Assembly (NCBI GenBank): GCA_030141605.1
Contig: JAQGDQ010000392.1
Coordinates: 155,817 to 219,816 of the forward strand
From: Tubiluchus corallicola
Taxonomy: Eukaryota > Animalia > Priapulida
Length of the DNA: 64,000 bases
Direction: 5' to 3'
The notes under the pieces are model-generated. The model did no database searches and was not told the origin of the DNA. It saw only the letters and a list, made by a program, of their open reading frames with translations. The first letter of the stretch is position 1; each line of letters starts with the position of its first letter. The translations under genes and the position numbers were made by a program. Of the stretch, positions 34,901 to 48,024 are shown piece after piece.

Positions 34901-37900
34901 GAATTATAGGAATGATTATATAGAGGTAACTTAACTACTGCATATCATGTAACGCAGAAATTCTGTTGTTTGATTTGTCCAGTCGTTATTTTTTTTTGTT
35001 GTGTTCACTTTCGTCGTCATAGTCAATGTCTGCACTTTCATTGTTTAAGGTCAGAACTTACAATCATGAGCAGAGTTGATTCAGTGCAGATTCGTACAAG
35101 CTTGGAATTAAGACCAGAAGCAGTTCTCTTTGTGGTCATCCATCCATTCACTGAGCACACTTGTCATGTTGTACGATTAATGTGTGAATCTGTAATGTTT
35201 ATTTTATGCTGATTTTATACTCATTGATTTGTTTCAGTGGTTAACAGACCAAAAAGTTATACAGAAGTTAATCGAGCTCATAGATCCAACAATGGATGAT
35301 GAGGTTTGGAACTAAGCATGTCTTAAGTCTAATATCACTTCACTTCATCAATGCAAAATGTGATTAATATCTGTTTTGTGATTTGCATTAGAATTAATTA
35401 GTATCAGTGCTCTCTGTAACATTTTCATTTTCTTACAGAAACAGTGCAATGCCTCACAAGCGATTAGTGATCTTGTAAAGGTGATTAGAGATCAGATGTC
35501 ACAAAACCAAGAAAGAACAGAGCATGATCCCCTACTCAGTGCCATAGAAGCGTAAGTTTGCAGGTTTTGCAGATATAAATTGTAGTTTTGACCAGATTGC
35601 AAAGTGGAATAATGGGACGCCGTCACATTGGCTTTGGTGTTAAGTACAGCCCACCTCCTGTATAACCAGACAGTAGTTAAAGGTTTTTGGAAACTTGTAA
35701 AGGGCCTTAACAATGATGACGTATAGTAAACCTAGACATCACAAAGAGTTGTGTTTTCAAATGTTAGAAATTTGAGGTGACAATGTGTTGTTTGCGGGTG
35801 GGATGGAGTGTTTTTGAGAAAAAAGTCTTGAAAAATGAAATGCACTACACAATTAAAACAGTGCCTGTGTGAATGGTTGCAAAATTAGTTCTTAAACTTT
35901 ACAGGAAAAACTAACCCTTGAACAACATTCATTGTATTTTAATATATTGAAGTAAATCTTTGTGTTTGTGTGTTTATGTAAAAATTAGTCACTGAATGAA
36001 TTAGCAACAACTTTAAAATGTTTACATAGCTTTAATCCACAGTAGTATACTTGAAAATACATCAGTACTACACATTATTTAATTATAGATAATGATAGAT
36101 ATATCTATCTAATTATAAATAAGCATGGAAACCTGTGAGGCTATGAACATACAGTAAGTGCCGGGTGGTTTACTTAGCTTATAGAGTTTGGTCTAAGCTT
36201 CTTAACATAATTGTTCTGTTATATGGTCGATATTGCCCGGCAGAGTTGGAGGTGAGTGTGATATCATCGATAGCTGACTTTCTTTACATTAAGCAACAAG
36301 ATTTGTCAAAAACAAAAAAATAGTATTCATAATCTCTCGTTTAACATTTTGGACTGTTTATTGTTCATAATAGTCCTAAAAAGTTTGCTCGATCCCGGCG
36401 GGATACGTGTTTGTATTGCACAGTAACGAGATGAAGCCATTTTTTGTTCAAAATAAGCGCGGTCAAGCTTGAAGTGATCATGACTTTAAATAAATTTTAC
36501 TAATTAGACGGGGCATTTATCAGAATTTTATTACTCATGCTTTCTAACGTTTTTCTCACACTAAATTAAGCTCAACTGGCTGAGAAACTTGGCTTTTCCC
36601 TTAAAAAGTCCTCTATGATTGCACTTAGTCTGCTTACTATTATCTATAACCCAACTAAAGTATTAAGCAGTACTTGCCCTTATAGAGCTTATTCAGATTC
36701 TTGTTACAGAATTTGGTTGTTTGTTGTTGCAGTTTATATATTATGTACATGTTTAGGAGTGCTTTATGTAAACATTTATTTACAGACAAGAATCTGTGTC
36801 AGAACTTTTAACACATATCCTTTCGGAAAAAAAGTCAAATGCAACACTAGTCTCTGGTATCAACATACTACTTGCACTTCTCGATTTTAAAAAAATTGGG
36901 TGAGTAAATACTAATATTTGCGTAAGGACTGTAACAGCTTCCACACAAACTAAACATGTGATTGCCGAAGCATGGCATTACTGTTGCTGGGATACTAAAC
37001 AAAAATACTTGAAAGAGAAAGAAAAGGGATTTTAAAGTGCAGCCCGAGGAACTTTCCATATAAAGTCGTATTACTTAGCATTACGGTCTTTTGTTTAAAA
37101 GACTTGTGTAATTGGAAAAGAAAAGTCCTAATAATTAAAAATATTTGCGCCACTTTTTAAATTGCCATCCCAGTGTGTATCACTGATTCATCAAAAACAC
37201 ATTGATTTTAATGACAATGTAAAATTTGCACCGTTTGGTAAATTGCCATCCCAGTGTGTACTACTGTTTTAGCAAAAACGTATTATTGATATTAAGGAAA
37301 ATATAAACTGATTTAAATTTTGTTTAACGAGCGAAGTGTGTGCCACTATTGCTTGAATTATTTTTCAAACTTCCTGCATTGTTATCTAAACTTGTTTCAA
37401 TTCACTTACATTTCAAATTTTAACGATCATTCTTCTTGCAAGCTCTGTATCTTTATAACAGTGTGTATATTTATGTGTTTTTGAATTATATAATTATTAT
37501 TGTTGTTCTAACTGAATTTGAACTGTATGTTTGGAATAAACGATAAATCAGTCAAAAATAAGACAGCATGGTAACTGTTATAAATTTCAAGACAGATTTT
37601 TTTAAGATTTATGGAGCGTTGTCCTTTAAAGTTGAAGCTTTTTAAGACTTGCACTCAGGCAGGGACCAGTAATGCAGACATTGAGACTAATCTTTCTCTA
37701 CTACCATCCATTTAAATTAACAAATTTAGTTGGTTCATTGCAAAACCATATCACGTGGTCATCATTTCAGTAAATTCTGCAATCAAATTATGTTTGCTTT
37801 TAGCCCTGAAGGTCAGCAAGAACAAATGAGTGCACTAGATGCAGAGCGACTTGCTCAGGGTGTCAGCAATACTCTACAGGCTCTTATACCTAGATTGAAA

Positions 37901-40900
37901 GACTTTCATCAGTTGCTTGTAGACCCACCTGCAGTAAGTATTCATGCTTTTTTGCTTCTTTTGCGCAATCTTGCAAATCGTTTATGACTTCCATCTATTC
38001 ATTTTCATGGTAGGTGTTTCAAGTTGTCTGTAATTGTATGGCATAACCCAAAGAAGAGCAGATGATGTAGTCTTGTTAAGAATTTATTGATATTCAGCAG
38101 TAATACGAGTTTTTTAAGCTGGCATTTACTTTGTGCATCAGAGAGTTTCCACCACAATTACAAAACGTTTTTTGTGAATTTGAGCGCAGAACTGACGTAC
38201 GTCATTCTACAGTCTTGATGATTGTAGACTGGAATCATTTGTACTCTAGAGCACGTTTTACAATCACAAGCAGTGTCACAGTTTCTCCACATTTTCTAAG
38301 TAATGCAAACACGTATGCTTTAGTTTGTAATTGTGTGTTTTGTCTCATCGCGTGATGTTTAACTAATTTAAATCACCCAAGTTCTTCAAAAAATTCATCC
38401 GTAGTGTCAGTGACTGTAGCAAAACGCCCTGAGCGTGACTCTGACTGTGACTGTAGTGACATCATTCCAGAATTAGAAATTTTTACTCTTTCGAGTTTTG
38501 TGGAAATTGTCTAGTATTAAATTTTCTTTTTTTAATTTCAGACAAAACCTATGTTGACTACGATAGGAACGCTAGACCCACCCCTGGGAGGTACACGACT
38601 CCAGGTGGCCAAATTGGTGTCTATGTTGCTCTTATCAAACACCCATACGTTGAATTCAGAGTTAGCCAAATTGGGAACCATGAACACATTATTTGTAAGT
38701 ATTCTTGTTTTGTACTTTTTTTGAAATGTTGCATTGTCGATGTACTTTAATTACTGGGCTTAAGTGGCATTTACAGGAGTTTACATTATCTGTGTTTGTA
38801 CTCAGGGCCTTCTTAGATAGTTTAACAAGACTGGAACCTAGTACATTCTCGAAAAAATTATTTGCACTAGAACACTGAACGTTACAGGTATCTTGTTGAA
38901 GAACATTGTGTCTCGGTGAGAGTATCAGCTGATGTCAGTATGAAGACGAATTGGTCACAAATATTTTTTCCAGTGATTGTTTATCCATTTAGTAACTAGG
39001 CCTAATGTTGCTTAACTTTTCAGCCAGGCACACATTGTAATCACTCGGCTGTTCTCTTACCTAAAAGTTTCGTTTTAACCATTATTTACATGTTATAGGA
39101 GGAATGACTCATCTCATTGTGTATGCTTTCCCCGAACATGTGGGTGGCTCTTGCCTGAAAATTTCGTGTTCCAGAAATTCCATGCTTTGGCTATGTTAAA
39201 GGTTTTAAAGTGTATACTTTGCACTGTACTTCAAAATGTTGTAGGATATAAAAAATCACACAGTTTTCCTTTATGTAGATGCCTAATATTGTAATTTGCT
39301 GTTATAGGACCTGTTCTTCAAGTACCAGTGGAACAACTTTCTTCACACACATATAGAACAGTGTGTTAGTTATATTGTTACTAACCATCCTATTGAAATC
39401 GATGGCAAGAAGGAACATCCATTGCTAATAGGGGTGAGTAGCTTATACTATGAGTAATTTCATGCTTCTTCTTACTTAGACAACCATTACTTCTTTTTAA
39501 AATATATTAATTATTGACTATATAAAAATTTTTTTGTGGAGTTTTAATATATAATGTTTCTTGGAGTTTTAGCTTTGTCTTGTAACAACCCTTGAATACT
39601 TTTATCTTATGATTCTTCCCTCACTGTCCATCAGGGCATTAAAACTGCAAATGTAGAATTTAATTTTTTAAGAGACACCAGTGCTTAACAATGAAAATTA
39701 TTATCAAATTTTTTTATATATCCATTGACTTAGATTTATTACTCATCTGCTGTTTTCTGTGCATTTCTGATAATTTCATACTTCTGAATTTCTTCTAAGT
39801 AAGGCAGGCACACACGTCTAATGCTGTTCGGTAACTATTCATCGCCTTCTTGCAAAAAGTTGTGTGTTATATTTCAGCTGTTGAAAGAGTGTCGATTATT
39901 AGAAAGAATTCTAGAAGCGCACGAAACTAACGAGAAAATGCAGTAAGTCACGCATTTTTTTTTTGTAAAACTATTATTCATAGTAATCCTGTTGTTTTTG
40001 TGATGTTGTTTATTTGTCTAATCTGAAGTTGTGGGGGAACTTATAAACCGGTAAATCAGTGTGGATGCATTTTAGCAGATTTTGTAATTGTTGGAATGCA
40101 AGCACCAACCTTGCCTGAGCATTTTTTACCTTAAAACTGCCATTATCAGCTTCACCTGGGAATCTCCTATATTGGAATCTACAAAGTTGCTCTAATGACC
40201 TTGATAGCTCTGCGTAGAAATATATTAGGATTAACGTCTACATTATGTCTGTACTTGATTACTTGCTTACAGACACTTTCTTGCAGAAGTGTTCCATCTT
40301 ATATTTGATTTAGCCCTGCTCATATGAATGAGGTATTTAACGTGGTCTCTGACATTAGTAATAGGTCAGCAGAGGAAAATGTAGAACTGACTCGATCTAG
40401 GAAGAGTACACTGCACAGTGCTCTGAGCACTTTATGCGTTGGTTTTGTGGTTTAAACAAATTAAATTTGAATTTTGTGCTTGTAAGATTTTTGAAAAACT
40501 AAATCGGATACGAATGTGTAATGTTTTCGATTGCATGTGAATCTTATAATTAAATTTATTCAATGAACAAAGTCTAGTTTTGTTCAGGTAAGTAAATACC
40601 TTGCCATTTGTAAGGTGCTAATTAGTGTCAAAATTGTTGCTGAAACTGATTTGTTACTAAAAAATGTTGATATTATTGACTGAAGCAGATCAGATCCAAA
40701 GCAAGAGAGGCACAGTTGATTCATAACCAGGCACAAAGCTCCTGGATATTGGTGAAGCTTGGCTTAACTTCATTCCTGACTTTCTTTTTAATAGAAATTG
40801 AACTTTAAAAATTTCTTTTGCAAATTATACCAAACTATTGTCCCTGTATTAGCATCTGGTTTTGTTCTCGTTAATATTTTTGCTGGGGATTCACTACTCA

Positions 40901-43900
40901 TCAAATAATTTCAGATTGCAGCCCGGTGGTCGTCGAGCGGGATATATGGGTCACCTCTTCCGTATAGCAAATCACATAGCGTCAGCCGCAGAATCCGGTG
41001 TGAATCAAGAGCTCATAAAAGAAGCTTTTAATGGTAAATATCTTATAAAAATATCTTATATACGTGATATGTGTCTATTTTATATAGTAGCATTATATTA
41101 TATGGGAATAACATTAGTGATTTTTACCAGTGGTATTGACTTTTTAAGTTATTTCTTTGCTAAAATAAGTTTGAGTTACTGTGTCAACTCGTAAAATTTA
41201 ATAATTTTCACAAGGTATTTGAATTATGTGCGCTTATGTTTCGCACAATTGTTTTGTAAGTTTTTATATGATTACATATATATGTCTGAAAGGGAGAGTT
41301 TACTGTTTCAGAACTGCCGAGTGATGTGATTGAAAAATGGAACAAGTTCGTGTCGGAGGCCTTAGCAGCTGTTAACAAGACGTGGGTCCCAGATCAAGTG
41401 AGTAACTTGAATGACTATCACAGTAACTTATTTGCATCCATTATATTCTGCTGCATTGGTTTTTTAATCTATATTTAAAAGGCCTAGATTGTAACAACGC
41501 AGCAGAATTTTTCAAATTTCGCAGGGTGACTGAAAGCTGAGTTGTTCTGAGTGCATTTCCTTCTTTATAAGTAAATCACTTTTTATGCTATTAAGTAATT
41601 CCTTAGTAAACAATATTACATTTGTTTTAATAAGTATCTCATAGTATCAGTCAAGCTCTTTCTCACAAATGTATAATCTGTAATTGTCTGTAAATTTTCA
41701 AATCACAAGATATTTTTAACAGTGGCAAGCTAATTCTTAATTGAGTGCACTTTAACACAGTGATGCTTAATTGGCTTGTTAAAGATACTAGTGTTTGTTC
41801 AGTACTCAGTGAGAACTTATTGTCATTCTAGGTGGGCATTAATGCCATGCTCACGAGTAGCGAGGACGGAGACAGTGACTTCAAAGACATTCCGTATCCA
41901 CAGGACGCAGCATTGCAACAGGTATTTCAAATCTGCATACATTTTTGCAATGTCCCCGATCTTGTTGCCTGAACATAATTTGATTCAGTCCATTCAGGTT
42001 AGGTATATCGTATAAAGGGGATGCTGAATGTGAATCCATGCACCAAACTTGATGTGCTGTTATCATGAACGTATATGTAGTGATGATGTTGGGTGTATGT
42101 TTCTAGGCTTTTAATGAATATCGGATGCAACAGATGACCAGTAACTTTGTCGAGCAGTTTGGCTTCAGTGAAGAAGAGTTCGGTCAACCAGACGAACCTA
42201 TTACAGCACCACTGGATAAGATATCCAACATCAACTTTACCATAAATGCTGATGAACCTGTAAGCAAAGTATTGTGTTATTTTCATTACTTGCATATCAT
42301 TTGATGGTTTCACATTTATAATGGTACAGGGAGGTGGGAGGGGGGAGGGCTGGTGTCAAAATTTTCAACATTTTGCCAGTCGAAATTGTCATAATTTGAC
42401 GGTTTATTATCTTACATTGCATCATCAAGAGCATGAGAATACTCACCAACAGTAGCAACACCAACAACAATTTAAACAAATAGTTTAAAAGGTAAGAAAT
42501 TGTAAAGCATAGTTCACCTAAATGCCACTTTTTACGTATTATTCCGTCGCTGTTTTGTCCCATTGAAGCCATCTGACACTAAGAACAAATGTGTTAATTT
42601 AATCTCATCATGCAGGGTTAGATTTTCGTCAAATTTTGGATTGAATATGTTAACAGCAACTTAAAAGAATTCATGGATAGTGACTTTAATTACAATTAAT
42701 GACAAAAATTGATTTTGTGTGACTGTTTTAAATTAAACAGGTTGTATTAAGTGCTTCAGATGAGTTTTGTTTGAACAAATTCAACGAATTTGATCAAAAT
42801 AAGTTTAGATCTCTTAAAAGAAAAATCACAATTTGTTTTAAGTCATTTTTCCATTCTTACTAGCTGCCTTTTGGAAATGCTTTTTGTTTAGATTAATTGT
42901 TAGATTCAGTCATTGTTTTTTATCAAGGATGAGAATTTTCCGCGGATACGTGGAATTCCGAGTTTTTGGCAGACCAGTAGTGCCATTTTTGTAAATTGCA
43001 TAAATTCGTTGAGAAAATTTTTACGGAGCCAGTACATTATTTCACAAGCTGACCGCTAGTTGGCAGGCCGTCACTTTGTTTACATCACGTACATCAGTGT
43101 AACCACGTGTTTATCTCTATGTATAAAAACATAGAATCAATTGTGCGGAGTTATTTGAGTCAATTGCAGACAGTTTTTATATACTTTTTCATAGGAGCGG
43201 CCAGTAGTTGGGTATTTTTGAGACAATTAGGTATCATGTATCCTTGATAGTTGTGTATTTTAAATTATGCATGAAACAAGGTAACTGATATTTTAAGTCC
43301 GCTTAGAGGCTCTCTGTGGTCACAAAATTGCAATTTGTTGCTGGATCCAAGGGGGCTTTGCGGCCCCCAAACCCCCGGCCTGTTTCAGAGTTTTTTGCAA
43401 TTTGTCATTCTCATCCCTGTTTTATGCACTACAACCATTAAATTCACTTAATCATTAAACGTCTTTTAAATTTGACATTGTAAGTTTATTATTAGAATTT
43501 TGTTGAGTAGAAAGGCATTCAGTTAGTAGCACAAGTAAACAATTTGGATGTACTGCTCACGACAGTTACTAAGCATGTAGAAGAAGAAATCTGTATTACT
43601 GTCAAAATCTGTCTATTAGTGGTAATGCACTGACTATGCACTTAGTGTCAGGGATGTGAGATAAAAAGTTGTTCTTATACATACTTGTTGAAAATTACTT
43701 TTATTTTTGTGCACCTCTGATGATACCTGCAATAAATTGCTTTTTGTTTACTTTTTACAGCAAAGCAGCGAGGCTTTATTTGAGCAAATGTCAAAAGAAC
43801 GGATACGACCGTTTGACGATCCGGATTCCGATGACGAATGGGAAGTCAAACAGATCACATTTTCTTCTCGAGCGCAAGAAGAACAGTCTCAAGCTAAATC

Positions 43901-46900
43901 GTGAGTGTCATTAAATAAATTGAGTTTTGTAGTGTGAACTTACACATTGGTTTTCCAGAGTTGTTGTAAGTCAGGTCCTAAAAAGGAAAAGAAAATTTCA
44001 GTTAGATTGTAGTTTATAATGATTATACACTGAATGTTTTACACACTGGTGTCAAATGTCTATTCCATGGTTATCAGCCAGTATAGATATTTGTTTTTGC
44101 CACAGAAATAAATACAAAAGTCAACAAAATACTCATATTTTTAATTAGAAACCAGCAAAAAATGCTAAATATCTAGACGGGAAGCATTTTTTTAATTATA
44201 GACAAATGTATTCTTGAGCACAGGTAGGTTTGTATCTGTTTCTTAGTCTGCCTCTGCTTTTTAGTCGGTAAAAATAATAAAATGCACAAAATTTATTTTG
44301 GTCTTTACTGATGGCAGGTGTGAAAGGATCTTCATATTTTTTTATTTAACGTTTTTCTGCAGCAAATTATCACCCATGCGCAGTCACTCAAGTTCAAGCA
44401 GCAGCTCGGGAAGTTCGTCAGATGAAGACGAAGTGGGTGGACCAAAACAGATCATTTCTGCACCGATGCACACCGATGAACAGGACAAAATGGAAATAGA
44501 TAGCAGTGAAGGTACATTGTAACAATGTATTACAATTGTAATGTATTGTATTATTGGCATGTTCTACTTTCCGTATTTATACAGTGATATTTTATATTTT
44601 AAGATGTCGATTTTTTGCTTTCATTGAATTTTTGTTTGATAATACGATGCAGTAAACATGTGAAAAGATTTATTTGAAATCTGAACAACTTTGTTTTTTA
44701 TTTGTCATTGTATTATTAATTAAAATATAAAAAGTGTGTAAGAGATCATGGAAAAAATAGATTTTTTATATTTATATTTTTTAGTCTGGCCACCACAAAC
44801 TTCAGACGAAGTTCCGATGGCTGTTGACCATCCAGCTTTTTGGAACACGCCGGCAAATATATCATGGGGTTCGCCTAACAGTTCGGCGAACTTGTCAAAT
44901 CCGTGGGAATCAAGTGCGTCGCCGGGCGAATTCGATGTCGCTCCCAGTGAACAATGGGCGGATTTTGAATCTGCTCCATTTGAAAGGTAATTGAAATGAT
45001 TGTTTGTATGAAATTGTAACTTGTGCCAGCAAAACTTACTTGACGAGCAGAACATTTACCATTTCCTGGAGAAGCTTATTATTTGAAACAAACAGTGGCA
45101 AAACAAAAAAATTGTTGATCAGGAAAAAACGGATATTGTAGCGATAATTCCTCCAGCCTGTTAGGTCTTGTTTTCTGGTCAAGTGGAAAAATTACTGCCT
45201 CCAGTGCAGCCATTTTGTGCACAACCTAACACAAATATTTTAGAGATATCTTCAAATGTGTCACAAATACATTAAATTAAAAATGACGATAACAGCTATT
45301 ATTTTTCATCATTGTTAGGCTTGTTAATTGAGTTTTTCGTGGTCAGATGTAAAGTCAATAATATCTGCTGAGCGAAATGATTAAAGTAATTATAGTTACA
45401 TTTTTGAGGTGTATTAATTATACTGTACATACGATTTATACTTTTTATTCCATCTTTGGTAATTTCTTTGCTTATAGCACAAGAAAACCCTCCACTTACA
45501 TAAGCTTAAAAATTTGTCTTGAAATTCTATACTACTTATTGCCTTTTTGCATGCAGGGCTTACATCGACAGTAACGCTGTGATGATCATTCGGCACAGCC
45601 ATTTTGACGATAGGTCGTTTGAAACAAGTTTACATGACACTGTGTGAATTTCAAAAAAATAATCAGAGCATTCGTAGCACAGATTAAAAACACATTTTTG
45701 TTAGTGAGTGGTGCACATTGGAGGGGGAGGCAGCGACATTTTACCAATTGGCACGAACATTTTAAATTATTAAATTTAGTTACGTAAGTCTTTTCTGCAG
45801 AAAGGTGAAATGCTAAGTGACATAGATTTAAGTGGAACGTTTTTTTGGGACATAATGTAACATTGCCTTTTCTTCCCCTGATTTACGTTTGCGTAGGTGA
45901 CGTAAAGTAATGGCGTCGTCGGAACTGTATTGCGGGAGGTTTGAAATGTCTTTCCCTTTTAACAGGAGTATGATATATGCATAAAATTGCTGTAAAGTAA
46001 TATAATTTTTTAAGGTGATTTTTCTCAAACCCGTTTTTGGTACCCCCTTGTCCTCTAATGTTGAAAAAGCTTTAACAAAGTGTATGTTCCAAGAAGTGAA
46101 AAGGGATTGTGAATAGAATCATCAGGTTAACATAAAAATAGCAAAAAGGTCCTGCTTTATAAATCTCTGTAATCTTTATATGCTTTGTCATTAAGCTGTA
46201 GAGAAACTTGCGTGTTGTGTGATTTATAATTTGAAAATGTTTGCTGTAAGTATCCGATTTCTTTCAGATGTTGCTGATCCAAACGAACTAATGATGTAAT
46301 TTGAGAATTTCTATTGAGAATGTTGCATGAGATACATGTTTTGCAAGACACGTAAATTATAGATTAAAATGCATTTTAGCCACATTCCTGTGGTCAATAT
46401 GTCAATAGGTTTTGTTCATTCTTTTATGCCGGCAAAACGTTGTGATCAATATTGTTTTACAGTTCCAAAGATTGTCCAAGGAGTAGTAGTCCTATTGCCA
46501 TGGAAACGGGCGATTTGCATCTTCCAACCTCGCTGTCTGGCGGAGATACTTCTGCTAAATACAGTATGTGTATTATATGTAATTGTAAGAATTAAGCAAC
46601 TAATCTTTCAGCCACCTAAAAATTCTATAAAATATTTAGTCATTTCATCACTTTATTAGACTCAATTCTCACATACACTCGTTTACTTTTGGCTGTGATA
46701 AAAAAAGACAACTTCTGTAATGAATAAAACAGCTGTATTATTACCCGATTTTACTATAATGCTACACGAAGCTTATGTGTCGCATTGTCCTTTGATGCAG
46801 TGTTAGTATAATGATATTCGTATTATATTTTATACCGATGTTTGTTTGTTATACTGATGTTGTCGTACAAGGGTAGTTTGTATATGTATATATATATATA

Positions 46901-48024
46901 TAGTTATAAGTTTTATAACTAAATGTAGGTTATGTCATAATATTATTGTATGCACATTTGGTGAGCTATAAATCTTGGTGCATGTTATGTTATGTTAATT
47001 TCTCTTAATTTATTTCAGGTATTGAATCACAAGTTTCTTCACAGGTAGTACAGTCCAACACTGAGCAGTCATCAGCGCCAGCCAGTAGTCCATTTGAGAG
47101 TCAGCCAGCATTGTAAGTCACTTTAACTTGTTGTAGAATTTCAGCCAAAAGCGTATCAGTGCGTGCTTAAATCGAGTTCTGATTGTTTATCTCCCACGGA
47201 AATGTGATGTCTGCGTGTGAAATGGTGGAGACCGTCGTTGCTCTCCCAGTTTGAACAGTTTGCTTTATGTCCTCAGTGCCACTAAAGGCGATGTGATCAA
47301 ACTTGGCTCATGAGTTGGAGAGGGACGATGGGTCATGTTGGCACACTTGACCCTAATATTGCGCTTGCAGCCTTGCATTGTCTGATAGCTTTGGAACCTT
47401 TTGCATTATATCTTTAAGGCAATGCTAATCAACTTAACTTAACATGTCTTCGTCATTCTGTAATCATCATCTGTTGTATGTTTGCCTCCTGATACACAAT
47501 AGTTATATGACTCCACATATAGGAATTTAGCTGCTGTATCAGATTTGAATTTTCAGCTTTGATCATTACTTGTTTTCAGTACTGAACCACATCACCAAGA
47601 AATCATTTCTGCTCAAGTGAAACAAACAGATGTTGCAGTAGATGAAAGCAAACAGAATGGACCATGTGACGAAGAGGAAAGCGTGATAAATGTCTCTGAT
47701 AACAAGTGAGTATTTTAGTTGAACCAATTTATTAATCTAGTTGTTGTACCTAATCTCATCACCAGGATGACAATAAAAAGTTTATCCTTCCTTTCCAATT
47801 CCACGTGAATCGAATACTAAGGGTGTGTCATTAAAAATAAATGAAACACATAAAGGCTGTTATGTTTTATTACTACCAGACATAATGTGTTAATAATGTT
47901 ATCAAGAAAATGCAGTTTAAGATGTGTTTGGTGTTTAATAATGATTTTTTAACATAGATTAAAGACAGTTGAAACTGCAGCATCAGCAACTAATGAATTG
48001 GAGACAAATGGTCCTGTGCGATGA
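31943..48024 (+). CDS. PPP6R3: serine/threonine protein phosphatase 6 regulatory subunit (SAPS domain; PPP6R1/2/3 family, most like PPP6R3)
   Basis: Exons: 31943-32002, 32469-32548, 33053-33139, 33649-33835, 34788-34925, 35238-35303, 35439-35551, 36786-36899, 37804-37933, 38542-38694, 39308-39433, 39878-39942, 40915-41033, 41312-41397, 41832-41921, 42107-42259, 43761-43900, 44363-44511, 44785-44986, 46463-46563, 47019-47112, 47580-47705, 47958-48024. Motifs: [114 protein letters not shown] and C-terminal NGPVR*. The low-complexity 3' exons are less certain. Confidence 0.93.
37143..37308 (+). repeat. two diverged ~82-bp tandem copies of a dispersed transposon-like end
   Basis: TAAATTGCCATCCCAGTGTGTA occurs at about 37158 and 37239. 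The reverse complement TACACACTGGGATGG also occurs at about 24638, with a related copy near 45712. Confidence 0.6.
42924..43419. mobile_element. hAT-like MITE in PPP6R intron
   Basis: TIRs CAAGGATGAGAAT and ATTCTCATCCCTG (1 mismatch), plus a GC-rich subterminal GGGGGCTTTGCGGCCCCC hairpin. The TSD is only partly retained (TTTTAT on both sides). Confidence 0.65.

Noticed and set aside
45557-45570. 14-nt candidate microexon in PPP6R (CAG|GGCTTACATCGACA|GTAAC)
   Set aside because: It breaks the phase; exons 44785-44986 and 46463-46563 join in frame without it.
47350-47356. ACCCTAA as a telomerase RNA template
   Set aside because: Only 7 nt long, and no pseudoknot or 3' H/ACA domain is visible.
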